A stretch of 64,000 nt of DNA from Acidimicrobiia bacterium. GTDB taxonomy: Bacteria > Actinomycetota > Acidimicrobiia > Spongiisociales > SHLN01. Location of the stretch: contig JBFIPU010000005.1 of NCBI GenBank assembly GCA_041609995.1, positions 5,058 through 69,057 of the forward strand. Direction: 5' to 3'. The notes below the pieces were generated by a model. The model saw only the letters and a list, made by a program, of their open reading frames with translations, was not told where the DNA came from and searched no databases. The position numbers and the translations under genes were made by a program. The first letter of the stretch is position 1, and each line of letters starts with the position of its first letter. Of this stretch, positions 63,409-64,000 are shown in pieces.

Positions 63409-63870
63409 ATGAGTGACATGTATACCGTTCAGCGTTCGATCAAGATCGATGCTCCCCCGGAGAAGGTCTATCGCCACATCATTGATCTCCGTAAGCAAGA
63501 GGCGTGGTCTCCCTGGGAGCGAATGGATCCCACCATGTCCAAGGCCTACTCGGGGGCGGAGGCAGGCGTAGGGTCCCGCTATTCGTGGTCCGGCAACCGC
63601 AAGGTTGGCGAGGGCTCGATGGAGATCACCGATGCCAAAGAGAACGAGCGGGTCGACATGGACCTCGAGTTCTTGAAGCCGTTCAAGGCGCAGAACAAGG
63701 TCTGGATGGCTCTCGATCCGGTCGATGACGGCACACACGTGACCTGGGGCATGACCGGCGAGAACACGCTCATGACGAGGATCATGGGCATCTTCAGAAG
63801 TATGGATTCCATGGTCGGCCGCGACTTCGAGAATGGGCTGGCGAATCTGAAGGAGACCGTCGAGGACTAG
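63409..63870 (+). CDS. SRPBCC (START/polyketide-cyclase-like) family protein
   Basis: 'VQRSIKIDAPPEKVYRHIIDLRKQEAWSPW' is a typical SRPBCC N-terminus; 153 aa from ATG 63409 (listed 63346). Confidence 0.75.
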   Translation: MSDMYTVQRSIKIDAPPEKVYRHIIDLRKQEAWSPWERMDPTMSKAYSGAEAGVGSRYSWSGNRKVGEGSMEITDAKENERVDMDLEFLKPFKAQNKVWMALDPVDDGTHVTWGMTGENTLMTRIMGIFRSMDSMVGRDFENGLANLKETVED

Positions 63871-63875
63871 CTCTT

Positions 63876-63902
63876 CCGGCAGGCCTGTGTGCCGGGTGTT
63901 TC
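63876..63902 (+). terminator. Candidate terminator between convergent genes
   Basis: 'ccggca' (63876-63881) pairs with 'tgccgg' (63890-63895), followed by 'gtgtttcg'. The stem is short and the T-tract weak. Confidence 0.35.
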
Positions 63903-64000
63903 GTGATACGCCGGCCGCGCTCGGTCACGCCGTGACCTGGACCGACTTTCTGATCATTTCGGTCAATATCCCCATGTCGATGTCGTCGAGCTTCTTGACA

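Noticed and set aside
63925-64000. Minus-strand 3' gene fragment at the window edge (ends ...KLDDIDMGILTEMIRKSVQVTA*)
   Set aside because: Only ~25 codons are visible. That is too little to assign a product or even to be sure it is coding.

Overview
High-GC (about 65%) chromosomal segment from an actinobacterium. The phylum call rests on WhiB, UPF0182, GuaB3, a SigE/zf-HC2 anti-sigma pair and a b558-type succinate dehydrogenase; lower rank cannot be set by eye. About three quarters of the window is densely packed housekeeping DNA, with many genes translationally coupled through 1-4 nt start/stop overlaps. This part holds a cobalamin-riboswitch-controlled btuFCD-like importer, cimA-trpS and guaB3-guaA. 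It also holds pcrA and a co-directional array (B12-binding mutase subunit, sucCD, purNH, folD, icd, mdh). Further on are sdhCAB, whiB, tatA, sigE/anti-sigma, htrA, moaE, a Lon-PDZ protease, UPF0182 and others. The one accessory-looking block is a roughly 17.5 kb Wzx/Wzy-type glycan locus (33.1-50.6 kb). In it the chain-length/kinase-like, polymerase/ligase-like and secreted beta-helix components each occur as paralog pairs. It also has a flippase-like::GT4 fusion and a close plant-type GDP-mannose-3,5-epimerase homolog. Other notable items are an orphan CheA-like hybrid kinase with a REC-GAF regulator and a 915-aa DivIVA-domain protein built from about 35 eleven-residue repeats, including near-perfect 66-bp tandem DNA repeats. 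There is also a 14-bp tandem repeat at the btuF/btuC junction, a candidate Ile-rich leader peptide plus terminator upstream of cimA, and a good SigE-type promoter upstream of sigE. I saw no rRNA, tRNA, CRISPR array, transposase, integrase or recognisable defence system. No single feature can be claimed as a new system from sequence alone. All family calls come from motif recognition by eye and need profile or BLAST confirmation.
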